A DNA stretch of 64,000 bases from Spirochaetia bacterium (GCA_963662265.2 CAXXHA010000035.1:64001-128000); one strand, 5' to 3'. Counted from the first letter of the stretch, positions 40,529 to 52,116 are shown. Made by a program: numbers and translations. The notes: generated by a model from the sequence alone, not told the origin.

Positions 40529-41461
40529 ATGAAAAAGAAGATTCTGGTTATGTTTCTACTTGTTGCTCTTCTGGCACCTGTTTTTGCAGGGGGACAGAAA
40601 GAAAAGAAGGTAAAAGTTGGTATTTCAATGGCATTGTTTGCCGACAATTTCCTTACATATTTAAGAGAAGCAATGGAAGACTATGCGGATGGTGTTGAAG
40701 ATCTCGAGGTTTTTTCAGAAGATGCAAAAGGTGATGTAGGAAGACAGCTCGGACAGGTCGAAAACTTTATTGCTCAGGGATATGATGCAATTATCGTTAA
40801 CCCTGCTGATACAGAAGCAACATCTCAGATTACAAAAAAATGCCAGGAAGCTGGTATACCTGTTGTTTATGTAAACAGGGCACCTGAAGACGGCCTTCCT
40901 GAAGGAACTTACTATGTAGGTTCTGATGAAGTTGTTGCCGGCAGAGAACAGGCTAAGGTTCTTGCTGATAAAATGGGCGGCAAAGGTAATGTTGTAATAA
41001 TGCTTGGCGAACTTGCACACAGCGGTACAAAAGGGAGAACCAAGGGAGTTAAAGAAATCCTTTCTGGATATCCTGATATCAAGATCATTGCTGAACAGAC
41101 AGCTCTTTTCCAGAGAGACAAAGGGCTTGACCTTATGAGTAACTGGCTGCTTGCAGGTCTTGAAATAGATGCAGTAGCTTCAAACAATGATGAAATGGCT
41201 ATTGGTGCAATCATGGCCCTCAAAAATTCAGGAAAAGTTCCTAACAAGGATGTATTTGTAGGCGGTGTTGATGCAACACCTGATGCTCTTGACTTTATTG
41301 AAAAAGGCGAACTCACTGTTTCTGTATTCCAGAATGCAAAGGGACAGGGTAGAGGAGCTATCGATGTAGCATATAAAGTAGTAAAAGGCGAAGCAGTAGA
41401 AAAAGAAACATGGATTCCTTTTGAACCTGTAACAGCAGAAAACTACAAAGACTATAAATAA
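40529..41461 (+). CDS. sugar ABC transporter substrate-binding protein (inositol-type likely)
   Basis: signal FAGGQKE; DNFLT, DAIIVNP, YVNR, ASNNDEMAIGA, FQNAKGQG. Confidence 0.88.
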   Translation: MKKKILVMFLLVALLAPVFAGGQKEKKVKVGISMALFADNFLTYLREAMEDYADGVEDLEVFSEDAKGDVGRQLGQVENFIAQGYDAIIVNPADTEATSQITKKCQEAGIPVVYVNRAPEDGLPEGTYYVGSDEVVAGREQAKVLADKMGGKGNVVIMLGELAHSGTKGRTKGVKEILSGYPDIKIIAEQTALFQRDKGLDLMSNWLLAGLEIDAVASNNDEMAIGAIMALKNSGKVPNKDVFVGGVDATPDALDFIEKGELTVSVFQNAKGQGRGAIDVAYKVVKGEAVEKETWIPFEPVTAENYKDYK

Positions 41462-41521
41462 TTATAACTAATTTTATAAAGAGCTTTTCATTTTTATGAA
41501 AGGCTCTTTCTTTATGAATTA

Positions 41522-43024
41522 ATGGGACAATATATGGAATATATTCTAGAAATGACTGATATCCGAAAGGAATTTCCCGGCGTACTTGCCCTTGACGATA
41601 TCCAGTTTAAGGTAAAGCCCGGTACTGTTCATGCTCTTATGGGTGAGAACGGAGCAGGTAAGTCAACACTCATGAAAATAATCATGGGTATATATAAAGC
41701 AGATAAAGGTACGGTTCTTGTAAAAGGTAAAGAGGCTCATATCACAAATACAAAGACTGCTTTTGCTCACGGTATTTCAATGATTCATCAGGAGCTGAGT
41801 CCTGTCCCTTACATGACTGTTTCTGAAAATATCTGGCTTGGCAGGGAATTTAAAAAGGGCCCTTTTGTTAATCATCAGATGATGCATGACAAAACTGTAG
41901 AGCTTCTTGAGCGCCTGGAGCTTGATATTAATCCTGAAGAGAAAATGGTGAAACTGAGTGTTGCTCAGACACAGATGGTGGAAATTGCAAAGGCAATTTC
42001 ATATGATTCAGAGCTTATTATCATGGATGAGCCTACTTCTGCTATCACAGAAAAAGAGGTTAATCATCTATTCAAGATTATCAATGAATTAAGATCAAAA
42101 AATATAGCAATTATCTATATCACTCATAAAATGGATGAGGTATTTGAAATCTCTGACGAAGTTTCTGTTTTCAGAGATGGTAAATATATCGGGACAGAAG
42201 CAGCCGAAAAAATGACAAAAGACAAGCTTGTCAACTGGATGGTCGGCCGGGAACTCAGCCAGGTTTTTCATAAAGAAGAGACAGAAATCGGCGAGGTAAT
42301 GCTTGAAGTTAAAAACCTGTCATCCGGTGACAGATTCAGAAATGTAAGCTTTCAGCTGAAGGCAGGGGAAATCCTTGGATTGGCAGGTCTTATGGGGGCT
42401 GGAAGGTCTGAAGTTGTTGAGACAATTTTCGGTGTCCGGGAAAAGACAACCGGTGAAATATTTGTAAAAGGGGAGAAGGTTGATATCAGAGCTCCCCATG
42501 ACGCAATAAAACAGAAAATTGCACTCCTGACAGAAGACAGAAAGCAGAGTGGACTTTTTCTTCCTCTTACTGTCAAGGAAAACATGGAAATTGTCAGTAT
42601 TGATAAATATATAAAAGGCGTGTTTATAAATCATTCACAGATTGCAACAGACTGCGAAGACCAGGTTAATAAACTTGCTATTAAAACACCATCTCTTTAT
42701 CAGATTACTGATAATCTGAGTGGCGGTAATCAGCAGAAAGTTCTGATTTCAAAGTGGCTTCTGAACGCTCCCGATATACTTATTCTTGATGAACCTACAC
42801 GCGGTATCGATGTCGGGGCAAAAGCGGAAATACATAAACTTATGACCAAGCTGGTGCAGGCTGGAAAAGCTGTAATTATGATCTCTTCCGAGATGCCGGA
42901 GGTCCTTGGTATGAGTGACAGAGTCCTTGTTATGCATGAAGGTGACCTTGTCGGTGAACTTCCGCGAGAAGAGGCAGATCAGGAAAAAATATTGATGCTT
43001 GCATCAGGTGAAAAACTTAATTGA
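41522..43024 (+). CDS. sugar ABC transporter ATP-binding protein (MglA/RbsA type)
   Basis: GENGAGKST, MDEPTS, LSGGNQQK, LDEPTRGIDVGAK. Confidence 0.93.
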   Translation: MGQYMEYILEMTDIRKEFPGVLALDDIQFKVKPGTVHALMGENGAGKSTLMKIIMGIYKADKGTVLVKGKEAHITNTKTAFAHGISMIHQELSPVPYMTVSENIWLGREFKKGPFVNHQMMHDKTVELLERLELDINPEEKMVKLSVAQTQMVEIAKAISYDSELIIMDEPTSAITEKEVNHLFKIINELRSKNIAIIYITHKMDEVFEISDEVSVFRDGKYIGTEAAEKMTKDKLVNWMVGRELSQVFHKEETEIGEVMLEVKNLSSGDRFRNVSFQLKAGEILGLAGLMGAGRSEVVETIFGVREKTTGEIFVKGEKVDIRAPHDAIKQKIALLTEDRKQSGLFLPLTVKENMEIVSIDKYIKGVFINHSQIATDCEDQVNKLAIKTPSLYQITDNLSGGNQQKVLISKWLLNAPDILILDEPTRGIDVGAKAEIHKLMTKLVQAGKAVIMISSEMPEVLGMSDRVLVMHEGDLVGELPREEADQEKILMLASGEKLN

Positions 43025-43036
43025 TAGGATAACTAA

Positions 43037-44035
43037 ATGAGTGAAAAAAAATTAACAGGTAAAGGCCTGCCCAAAGAGGTAAGTATCCTTCTTATCCTTG
43101 CCGGGATATGTTTATTATTTGAGATTTTAGGATGGATTGTTAAAGGGGACACTTTTCTCTTTAACTTTGGCAGAATTAAACTTATGATTCTTCAGATGGC
43201 TGTAATTGGTATTATTGCAATCGGGGTTACGCAGATTATTATTACAGGCGGTATTGACCTTTCGTCAGGTTCTGTTGTTGCTTTTGTTGCTGTTGTTGCA
43301 GCAAGTTTTGCACAATCTTCTGATGCGACAAGACCCTATTTTGAAAACATGAATGGTACTTTTCCGGTATTTTTACCGGTTCTGATAGGTATTGGCCTTG
43401 GTGGAGTCTGCGGATTTGTAAATGGTTTTTTTATCGCAAAAACCCATATACCCCCTTTTATAGCTACTCTCGGTATGATGGTATCAGCGAGGGGTTTTGC
43501 ACAGCTTTATACAGAAGGAAAGCCTGTCAGTATGCTTAACGACTCATACCTTGTCATCGGATCAGGAATTATGCCGGTACTTATTTATCTTCTCATGGCA
43601 TTGATAGCCCATGTTCTTCTTACACAGACAAAATACGGGAAGTATGTTTATGCTATAGGCGGTAACCAGCATGCAGCTGTTGTTTCCGGTATTAATGTGA
43701 CTAAATATAAGATTATGATTTATACATATGCAGGTCTTCTCTCTGGTCTTGCAGGTGTTGTTCTTTCCGCAAGGGTAAATTCCGGCCAGGCCAGTATGGG
43801 GGTCATGTTTGAGCTTGATGCTATTGCTTCTGCAGTTATCGGCGGTACTTCTCTCGATATCGGAGGTATCGGTACAATTGGAGGAACAATTATCGGCTCT
43901 CTCGTACTCGGTGTAGTAAAGAGTGGTTTTATCTTCCTCGGTGTTAATGCCTATATCCAGGAAATTATCAAGGGAGCGATTATTATCGGAGCTGTTGTTC
44001 TCGACGTAATGAGAAACAAGGGTAAATCAAAATAA
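43037..44035 (+). CDS. sugar ABC transporter permease
   Basis: [37 protein letters not shown]. Confidence 0.93.
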   Translation: MSEKKLTGKGLPKEVSILLILAGICLLFEILGWIVKGDTFLFNFGRIKLMILQMAVIGIIAIGVTQIIITGGIDLSSGSVVAFVAVVAASFAQSSDATRPYFENMNGTFPVFLPVLIGIGLGGVCGFVNGFFIAKTHIPPFIATLGMMVSARGFAQLYTEGKPVSMLNDSYLVIGSGIMPVLIYLLMALIAHVLLTQTKYGKYVYAIGGNQHAAVVSGINVTKYKIMIYTYAGLLSGLAGVVLSARVNSGQASMGVMFELDAIASAVIGGTSLDIGGIGTIGGTIIGSLVLGVVKSGFIFLGVNAYIQEIIKGAIIIGAVVLDVMRNKGKSK

Positions 44036-44056
44036 TCCTTAAGCGTTAATAATTAC

Positions 44057-44098
44057 ATAAACAAAAGGCTGTCATAATTGACAGCCTTTTATGTTTAT
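44057..44098. terminator. bidirectional intrinsic terminator
   Basis: aaaaggctgtca-taat-tgacagcctttt between convergent genes. Confidence 0.85.
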
Positions 44099-44186
44099 TA
44101 AGAATATTGAGATATTTTATATCCCTGTTTCCCCTCTCATAACCTGAAAAATACTTGTTCAGAGATGGAAATCAGAAAAAAAATAT

Positions 44187-45278
44187 TTACAGGAGTGATT
44201 TGTCAGGAGTAACTATAATCTTGACATGTTCTTTTTTCTCCGGTCCTGTAAGTGTTCCGAATCCTTCTTCAACAATGTTATCCAGATATATTTTCTTTGT
44301 AATAAATCCTTCTGTATTTATTCTTCTGTCAGCAATAAGCTTTATGGTTTCCGGAAATTCATTATAATATGCAATTGTTCCTACAAGTTTCTTCTCTGTA
44401 AAAACAATTGAGTTGAAATCAAATTCAACAGGTTTTTCCCAGATGCTGGTTATAACGATTGTTCCTGCAAATTTACAAGCAGCAACAGCTGTGTCTATTC
44501 CAAACTTTGCACCGGTTGTATCTATCGCAACATCAACCCCAACGTTATTTGTTAATTCCTTTACTTTTTCAACAACATCGTTATCTTCAGGATCAAGAAC
44601 ATAATCTGCTCCATGAAACTTCGCATATTCCTGTCTAACTGATTTACGCTGCATTACAATTATAGTTTTCGCACCGGCAGCTTTGAGCATCTCAATTGTA
44701 CAGAGACCTATTGGTCCTGCTCCCATTACAAGTGCTGTCTGCCCGATTTTAAAATCTGCCTGTCGTAGAGACTGAAGCGCTACTGCCATCGGCTCCACAA
44801 GGGCTGCATCTTCATAAGACATGTTGTCCGGAATTTTATGAATAAAATCTTCATAGAAAGTTGTATATTCTGCGAACCCGCCGCCGCCTCCGTGAAGTCC
44901 GTGAAATCCCAGTCTGCTGCAAAGGTTGTAATGTCCTTCTTTACAGGCAGGGCACATGTCTTCTTTATGTGTCGGATTGCAAACCCTCATTGGTTCTACA
45001 ATGACACGGTCACCCACTTTTACACTTGTAACTCCTTCACCAGTTACCACAACTTCACCGGAAAATTCATGTCCAAGTATAATTGGTGCTTTTTCTCCTG
45101 TCAGGGGATGGGGTTGTTTTGTTGGAATAAAAATAGGACCTCCGAGATATTCATGAAGGTCGGATCCGCATATACCGCACCATTTTACTTTTACTTTGAC
45201 CATACCAGGTAATGTTTTTGGTTCGTCAGTTTTTACAACTCGGACATCTTCACGTCCGTACCACATGGCTGCTTTCAT
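44187..45278 (-). CDS. Zn-dependent 2,3-butanediol dehydrogenase-like MDR
   Basis: CGICGSDLHEY.GGP, GHEFSG, ALVEP, GAGPIG. Confidence 0.85.
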   Translation of the reverse strand: MKAAMWYGREDVRVVKTDEPKTLPGMVKVKVKWCGICGSDLHEYLGGPIFIPTKQPHPLTGEKAPIILGHEFSGEVVVTGEGVTSVKVGDRVIVEPMRVCNPTHKEDMCPACKEGHYNLCSRLGFHGLHGGGGGFAEYTTFYEDFIHKIPDNMSYEDAALVEPMAVALQSLRQADFKIGQTALVMGAGPIGLCTIEMLKAAGAKTIIVMQRKSVRQEYAKFHGADYVLDPEDNDVVEKVKELTNNVGVDVAIDTTGAKFGIDTAVAACKFAGTIVITSIWEKPVEFDFNSIVFTEKKLVGTIAYYNEFPETIKLIADRRINTEGFITKKIYLDNIVEEGFGTLTGPEKKEHVKIIVTPDKSLL

Positions 45279-45743
45279 AATTTAATCTCCTTAAGGATAA
45301 ATTTATATCGATAAAAATATATCGTAAAAAGAGTAACAAACCTGTGCATCTTTGTAAAGTGATATTGGAAATATTATTTTAATGTTTATATTTTGAAGGA
45401 TTATCTGTTGTTGTTTTTACATGAAAAACATGAAAATACTTATTACTGGTAGTTTTATTATGTTTGTTATATTCAGCATCGGAATACAGCCAGCAATATC
45501 TTATTATAAATGCTGAGTAAAATTGTCAGTTTTGTAAAAAGATCTTCTCCATTTCTTATTTCTGAGTATGTTAAGAAAGAGGTTCACAGCTTAAAGATAA
45601 TGATTTACAATTGTATCAGTTTAAAGACAGCTTCCTGTACAGTAAGCTTCAGGATTTTTTCAACGGGGCAGTTTCGGTCTGAAGAGTATTTGCTGCTCCG
45701 TTTCCGGTACAGGAATACTGTTGAAACAGAGCAGGTAAAGTAG

Positions 45744-46709
45744 ATGGGAAAGGAAAAGCAGCGTCTAAGGAAAGAAGATCTTGTTGATAATATTTTTCTT
45801 CTGCTGTCAAAAGAATTTGACAGGCAGGATGAAATTGATGATATAAGAAATATCAGGATCCCTGTAGAAGATGTCAGCAGCTTTTTAAATGAAAATTTCA
45901 GTTTAAAATACAGCAGCAATAACTATATTTATACCCAGCTCAGGAGTTTTGAAGAGGAAAACAGTCTCAAGCTGTTTCAAAAAATTCCCGATCCATCAGG
46001 AACCACGGAATTCTATATTTCTGTCAACAGGGGTATTAATAGTTTTAACCAGAAAAAGTATCTGTACACAGCGTCAAAGCTTAAAATAACAAACGGCTTG
46101 TATGAGAGAATTGAGCATTATATAACTGAGAAAAGGAAAAAGTCCCTGAACATTCTCCTGGGGGCTGGAGTTGTAATTCATCACCTTGCATCCCTGATTG
46201 CAGAAAAAGGGCGGTTTCTCAATATTAAGTTCAATATTTACACACACAGCACCGCTGTTATAGACCTTTTTATGCAGCCTGAATCGGAATATGACAATTT
46301 CAATATTTATACGAGAACCGGAAAAGTTGATATTAAAAATTTCACTATCAATGATAAATTCATAGATTATTACAGTGAAGTTGATTTTGACTTTATTTTT
46401 CAGGGCACAAGCTGTATTTATAATAAACGCCTTTATGTGAGTTCGGAAGAAGAGAGTGTAATCAAGCAGGATATACTCCGCAAGGGAAAGGGGGAGAAAG
46501 TTCTTGTTCTTCTGAAGAAGGAATTCACTGACAAGGAACCTGTATCAATGCACAGTTACGGGTATATTTCTGATTACAATTATCTTATTGTTCCTGAAAA
46601 GGGGAGTATTTCCGGAAAGAAAAACTGTGATCTCATATTTGATGAATATAAGAAAAACCTTTCTCCCGAGATAATTCATTATAACTATTCAATATACAAA
46701 AACAGCTGA
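45744..46709 (+). CDS. hypothetical protein with DeoR-type C-terminal sensor-like domain
   Basis: ILLGAGVVIHHLA, IYTHS, FDFIFQG, EEESVIKQ resemble DeoRC. Confidence 0.55.
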   Translation: MGKEKQRLRKEDLVDNIFLLLSKEFDRQDEIDDIRNIRIPVEDVSSFLNENFSLKYSSNNYIYTQLRSFEEENSLKLFQKIPDPSGTTEFYISVNRGINSFNQKKYLYTASKLKITNGLYERIEHYITEKRKKSLNILLGAGVVIHHLASLIAEKGRFLNIKFNIYTHSTAVIDLFMQPESEYDNFNIYTRTGKVDIKNFTINDKFIDYYSEVDFDFIFQGTSCIYNKRLYVSSEEESVIKQDILRKGKGEKVLVLLKKEFTDKEPVSMHSYGYISDYNYLIVPEKGSISGKKNCDLIFDEYKKNLSPEIIHYNYSIYKNS

Positions 46710-46916
46710 AATTACCTGTCTCCGGGGGAATCAGTTTCAGCTTATTGCCCTTGACCGGGGAAATGATCTTCCACGGATATTTAAAATTAAAATATCCCTG
46801 TATAAATATCTGCCCTGTTCTGATTCTTGTCAGGAAATATTTATACTGGGATTTATGCCTTTGACTTTATTAAATACTGTTTATTGTTAACCCTGTTGTA
46901 GAGAATCCTGTTTTAA

Positions 46917-47795
46917 TTAAAAAGTTTTTATTCTTTCAAAAACATCTGCTTCAGTACCGGAAAATCTTCCGGGATTTTCCATTTTAATACTTGTAAGGGC
47001 AGCTGCAAATTTAACAGCCTCTTCCGGTCCTTCTTTAAGTCTTCTTGCAAGGTATGATGCAAAACATGTGTCTCCCCTTCCTGTTCTTCCTGCAAGGTTT
47101 GAAGGGTTGAATGGAGCCCGGTAGAACTCGCCGTCCTTGAGAATAAGAACTTCAGTATTGTGAGTTACCATAATCTCTTTTGCTCCCCATTCAGCAAGCA
47201 TTTTTGCCCCTTTTTCCCTGTCCTTTGTTCCTGTAAGTATTTCCACTTCTGCCGCATCTGTTTTCAGAAAGCTTATTTTTGAAAGAAGCTCTTTTTTTCT
47301 TTCCCAGTCTTTGAACAGTAGTTTTCCTTCTTCATTGCATCTCAGGAGTCCCTGTGCGTCAATTGCCACCTTTCCTTTTTCTGCCAGGAACGGTATCAGT
47401 TCATCCGGAATTTCTCCTCTGAAAAGGCCTGCAAGGTGATATATGTCTGCCTCATTTTCAGGTACATCATCGGTTGTAAAATATTCTGCCTGTGAAATGA
47501 GTGTTACTTTTCTTGTTTCCCTGTCTTCTGTCAGGTATATGTTTTCGATTGAAGTTGTTTCCGGTGATTCAATGATTGTTACATCAGTTTTTTCATCTTC
47601 GATATACTGGATATCTTTCCAGTCTTCTTTTGCCGCCTTTGTTACAACAAGAACATCTGCACCCGCTCTTGCTGCTGAAGCTGATGAATATATTACAGGT
47701 CCGCCGGTAAATCTCTCTTCTTTTTCATCGCCTCCTTTGTAGATCATGATATCCTTGGACACATGTCCTATCATAATAATGTTGTATTTTTTCAT
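46917..47795 (-). CDS. PfkB family carbohydrate kinase
   Basis: IGHVSKD, TGGP, DAQG, GRTGRGDTCFA. Confidence 0.85.
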   Translation of the reverse strand: MKKYNIIMIGHVSKDIMIYKGGDEKEERFTGGPVIYSSASAARAGADVLVVTKAAKEDWKDIQYIEDEKTDVTIIESPETTSIENIYLTEDRETRKVTLISQAEYFTTDDVPENEADIYHLAGLFRGEIPDELIPFLAEKGKVAIDAQGLLRCNEEGKLLFKDWERKKELLSKISFLKTDAAEVEILTGTKDREKGAKMLAEWGAKEIMVTHNTEVLILKDGEFYRAPFNPSNLAGRTGRGDTCFASYLARRLKEGPEEAVKFAAALTSIKMENPGRFSGTEADVFERIKTF

Positions 47796-47918
47796 TTCTT
47801 CTTCTCCTGATTTAATTATAATGATATTGTTGTATTTAAAAAGAAAAAATTAATATGTGAAATTCGAATATTATTCATTTTTTATTTAGGTTTCACGCAA
47901 AATGTCATGGAGTTGTAA

Positions 47919-48650
47919 ATGGTGAAAAAAACAGTCCTGTTTCTGATATTTATTTCTGCAATTCTCTATGCATCCGGCGGATCCGAGATAACCCCTCATA
48001 AAAAAATCAAAGTAGATGTGATTGAGCCTTCAGGTCTTGCTTTTTCTGATAGAGAAGACTGTTTTCTTACTGTTAGTGATGAAGATTCCTGTGTATATAA
48101 GCTGAACAGGAAGGGTAAGGTTATCGGGAAGATTAAAATTGACGGTTATGATCTTGAGGGGATAGCAGCTGATGCTGACGGAAATATTTATGTGGTTGAT
48201 GAAGCTTACAGTGAAGTAATATCGGTTGATGCTGAAGGCAATGAATTTTCAAGGTTTCCTATTAATATCGGGAATTCCAGGAATAAAGGCCCTGAGGGAA
48301 TCTGCATCGATAAGGATGAGAAGCTTATATATGTCGTGAATGAAAAGAATCCCGGACTGATCCTTGTCTATGATTTTTACGGAAATAAAAAAAATGAATA
48401 TATTCCAGGTCTTGCATCAGACTATTCCAGTATATTCTACCACTCTGAATCAGGGATGTTCTATATTTTAAGTGATGAGGAGAGTTCTGTTTATATCTGG
48501 CATCCTTTATCCGGGCTGTCTGAAAAATACAAAATTAAAGTCAATAATCCTGAGGGGATTGTTGTTGGAAATAATATGGAAGTATATATAATCTCTGATA
48601 AAGAGCAGAAACTCTATGTTTTCAAGCCTTTGACAAAGGTAGTGAAATAA
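47919..48650 (+). CDS. SdiA-regulated/YjiK-like secreted beta-propeller
   Basis: signal peptide; EPSGL, DLEGI, GPEGI, LSDE, PEGI. Confidence 0.8.
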   Translation: MVKKTVLFLIFISAILYASGGSEITPHKKIKVDVIEPSGLAFSDREDCFLTVSDEDSCVYKLNRKGKVIGKIKIDGYDLEGIAADADGNIYVVDEAYSEVISVDAEGNEFSRFPINIGNSRNKGPEGICIDKDEKLIYVVNEKNPGLILVYDFYGNKKNEYIPGLASDYSSIFYHSESGMFYILSDEESSVYIWHPLSGLSEKYKIKVNNPEGIVVGNNMEVYIISDKEQKLYVFKPLTKVVK

Positions 48651-48700
48651 AAATGTCATTACCCCTTTTTTTTGGAATATAATTAAATTATTATTATTAT

Positions 48701-49723
48701 ATGCAAATAATCGAAGAACATTTCGGATATATTGAAGAAAAAGAAATAAAAAAAATTACTCTGAAGAATGATTCTGGTGTTTCTGTTTCTGTAATCAACT
48801 ATGGGGCAATTGTCCAGTCGATAATTCTACCCGACAGGTTCGGCAAATACTCGGAAATTACTCTTAATTACGATACTCTTGATGGTTATATAAATGATAT
48901 AAGCTATTTCGGAGCCACAGTAGGCCGTTTTGCAAACAGGATCAGGAACGGTGTATTCCTGATTGATGGTAAAAAATACTCTGTTGCGTGCAATGAAAAT
49001 GAAAAGAATCATCTCCATGGAGGATTCAGCGGTTTTAATAAAAAAGTCTGGTCCTGTGAATCCTGGTCAAATGAGAGAATATCATCGGCCAGGATGAAAT
49101 ACAGGAGTCCTGACGGTGAAGAGGGATATCCCGGCAACCTGGATGTTGAAGTAACCTATACCCTTGATAAGAAGAATTCCTTTATTATAAACTATAAGGC
49201 TGTCTCAGATAAAAAAACTCCGGTAAACCTGACAAATCACTCCTACCTGAATCTCTCCGGAGTTGACGGCAATAAGACTATCCTCGGACACCTGCTCCAG
49301 GTTAACAGCGGTTTTTATCTTGAGACTGATGATGAGCTGATCCCAACAGGTAAAATTATTGATGTAAAAAATGGTCCAATGAATTTCCAGAATTTCAGGC
49401 GGATCGGCGAAAGAATAAAGGAAACCGGAAAGGGATATGATCACTGTTTTCTTTTCCCTTCAGATCATGGCAAAATGTACCATGCGCTTACTATGTATGA
49501 CCCCCTGAGCGGCCGCAGGCTTGAACTTTTCACAGATAAACCGGGTGTGCAGATTTATACTGCAAATCATCTTACCCCTCCTCACCGGGCTGTCTGCTGC
49601 GAGACCCAGAATTTCCCCGATTCAGTCAATCATCCCGAATTTCCCGATCCTTTTATTTCCCCCGGCGAGATATATGACAGAACTGTATTCTGTCGATTTA
49701 CAATTTCAGACGATTGTGTTTAG
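48701..49723 (+). CDS. galM: aldose 1-epimerase
   Basis: GRFANRI, HLHGG, EEGYPG, NLTNHSYLNL, GYDH, ETQ. Confidence 0.9.
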   Translation: MQIIEEHFGYIEEKEIKKITLKNDSGVSVSVINYGAIVQSIILPDRFGKYSEITLNYDTLDGYINDISYFGATVGRFANRIRNGVFLIDGKKYSVACNENEKNHLHGGFSGFNKKVWSCESWSNERISSARMKYRSPDGEEGYPGNLDVEVTYTLDKKNSFIINYKAVSDKKTPVNLTNHSYLNLSGVDGNKTILGHLLQVNSGFYLETDDELIPTGKIIDVKNGPMNFQNFRRIGERIKETGKGYDHCFLFPSDHGKMYHALTMYDPLSGRRLELFTDKPGVQIYTANHLTPPHRAVCCETQNFPDSVNHPEFPDPFISPGEIYDRTVFCRFTISDDCV

Positions 49724-49767
49724 ATTATCAAAGATAAAATAATAAAATTTTAAAATTGGAGACAGGT

Positions 49768-50796
49768 ATGGCAGACAGCAGAGGTATTGTTGATTTCAGA
49801 AGTGATACAGTAACAACCCCATCAGAAGATATGAGAAAAGCCATGTATTCAGCTGAAGTCGGAGATGATGTATATGGAGATGACATTACAGTAAACAGAC
49901 TTGAGAGAATGATTGCTGAAATGACAGGCTATGAAGAAGCTCTTTTTGTAAGCAGCGGGACTCAGTCAAATCTTCTTGCAGTTATGAGTCACTGTGAACG
50001 GGGGGATGAATTCATAGCCGGACAGACGGCGCACTGCTATGTACATGAAGGGGGCGGAGCTGCTGTTCTAGGCAGTATACAGCCACAGCCTGTGGATTTT
50101 GAAAGTGACGGAACTATTTCGTTAAAGACAGTTAAATCAAAAATAAAACCTGATGATTTTCATTATGCGAAGACTAAGCTTTTCTGCCTTGAAAATACCC
50201 AGGACGGAAAGGTCCTTCCGCTTGATTATCTTGAAGAAGTTGCTGATTTTGCGACAGAAAACAGACTCCCTGTCCATCTTGACGGGGCAAGAGTTTTCAA
50301 TGCTTCAGTAAGCCTGGGTGTTGATGTCAGGGAGATATGCAATCCTTTTGACACAGTATCTGTATGTCTTTCAAAAGGACTGGGCGCTCCTGTCGGTTCC
50401 CTGTTATGCGGACCTTCTGATTTGATTAAAAAAGCAAGGAGATGGCGGAAAGTACTTGGCGGAGGAATGAGACAGGCCGGAATTATTGCTGCCGGCGGAA
50501 CATATGCTCTTGAAAACAATATACAGAGGCTAGATGTTGACCACCGGAATGCAGAACTGATGAAGGATAAGTTATCTGAACTAGATGAGATTGAAATTAC
50601 ATCTGCTGAAACAAACATGGTTTTCTGCAGGTTTAAAAATAATGATTCAGATGAGCTTTCTGAATATCTCAGGAAAGAGGGTATTATCATGAAGGGCGGA
50701 GATGTTGTCAGGTTTGTAACTCATCTGGATATTTCTGAAGAAGATATAATAAGGTTTACTGAACTTGTAAAAAAATTCTATACAAGACAGCGTTGA
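49768..50796 (+). CDS. ltaE: low-specificity L-threonine aldolase
   Basis: DFRSDTVT, HLDGAR, CLSKGLGAPVGS, GGGMRQAG. Confidence 0.93.
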   Translation: MADSRGIVDFRSDTVTTPSEDMRKAMYSAEVGDDVYGDDITVNRLERMIAEMTGYEEALFVSSGTQSNLLAVMSHCERGDEFIAGQTAHCYVHEGGGAAVLGSIQPQPVDFESDGTISLKTVKSKIKPDDFHYAKTKLFCLENTQDGKVLPLDYLEEVADFATENRLPVHLDGARVFNASVSLGVDVREICNPFDTVSVCLSKGLGAPVGSLLCGPSDLIKKARRWRKVLGGGMRQAGIIAAGGTYALENNIQRLDVDHRNAELMKDKLSELDEIEITSAETNMVFCRFKNNDSDELSEYLRKEGIIMKGGDVVRFVTHLDISEEDIIRFTELVKKFYTRQR

Positions 50797-51003
50797 TAAA
50801 TATTTTCAATATTTGAAAAACTGAAAAGCTTCCCTGTTGCCTCAGGGAGGCTCTTTTTTTTAAATTTTTGTATGATTATTTAACGTAGAAGTTAAATAAT
50901 TTTTCCATTTTAAATCATTTGAAGTTGAAACAGGATTCATTTTTTCCCGGCAGTATTTTCCTGTCTGATGCATTGGGAATCAGGGAAAAGAATATCCCGT
51001 TTT

Positions 51004-52116
51004 TCAGCTTTTTTCATTCAGGTATTTATAGAGAAGGGGGAGAAAATGCCTGTTATCTGCAGTTATATATTTCATTTCACCTCCCATCCTTGAAAATGTC
51101 TTGCAGTACCTGAGGTAGTAGGCGGGATCATTCTGATCAGGTTCAGCTTTTGAGTTCCAGTCCCAGGATGATTCAGCCAGGTCAACGACAAATATTGAAA
51201 AATCTGTAATTGACCTGTTTTCTCCCGCTGCTGAATTCCTTGACATTGAAAGTGATTTTTCAAATATCATAGGTGACATTACGGCTGATCCAAGTGAAAT
51301 ATATACGCCTCGTTCAAGGCTGTTTATGTTTTCGGCATATGCAAGGAAGTCTCTCTCTGCGCATCTGCCGACTGCTGCTCCTGAATTCATGGGATGGGTA
51401 TAAATGATATCATGCCCTATCATGGGATGACCTGTAAACGGAATGTTGTTCCTGTATGCTTCAGCCTGGACACTGCAGTCAGAGTGATTGTGATTTACAC
51501 TGTAGAACCCTTTTTCAAGGGAAAATCTGTCGATTTTATCGAGGAAGTCCCAACCTGCAGCAGATTGACCTGGAAGCAGTTCCCCCCTCTTGAGTTCCTT
51601 GTAAAGGATTTCCCGGTCAGGAATATGAATTCCCCCCTCATGAATCATTCTCCCTACAGATTCACCATACCCGTATCCTTCCCATGCTCCTGAAACAATT
51701 GCGAGGTTGATGAAAAAGCCTGTTTCCTCCCATATTCCGAAACTTCCTGTCTTTACATTTTCCCTGACATCCTCACTTGTTTCGCCGAGAAAAGAGAGTT
51801 CCCAGTCATGAATAATTCCTGCACCGTTGGTGGAAAGATGATCAAGATATTTTTCCTGGATCATTTTTATCAGAACCGGGTAAAGCTTGTTTTTTATTGT
51901 ATGAGCCCCGAAAGCTGTTATGATTTTTCCATTGTTCTTTTTTGCAGAGAGTATTTTGTCAGCTGCCTGTTCAATACTTTCTTTTACCTGGACAGGAGCT
52001 TCCTGTTCGGCAGAATCTATCAGTTTCTCTACCGTATCAGAATTATCCAGTTTAACCTTGTTTTTTCTTTCTGTTACTGATTTGAATTTTATCTTTTCTC
52101 TGTCAAAAAGTTTCAT
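51004..52116 (-). CDS. uncharacterised protein, deoxyhypusine-synthase-like fold suspected
   Basis: FGAH.IK, STNGAGIIHDWE, TSEDV, GYGESVG, GSAVMSP. Confidence 0.6.
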   Translation of the reverse strand: MKLFDREKIKFKSVTERKNKVKLDNSDTVEKLIDSAEQEAPVQVKESIEQAADKILSAKKNNGKIITAFGAHTIKNKLYPVLIKMIQEKYLDHLSTNGAGIIHDWELSFLGETSEDVRENVKTGSFGIWEETGFFINLAIVSGAWEGYGYGESVGRMIHEGGIHIPDREILYKELKRGELLPGQSAAGWDFLDKIDRFSLEKGFYSVNHNHSDCSVQAEAYRNNIPFTGHPMIGHDIIYTHPMNSGAAVGRCAERDFLAYAENINSLERGVYISLGSAVMSPMIFEKSLSMSRNSAAGENRSITDFSIFVVDLAESSWDWNSKAEPDQNDPAYYLRYCKTFSRMGGEMKYITADNRHFLPLLYKYLNEKS

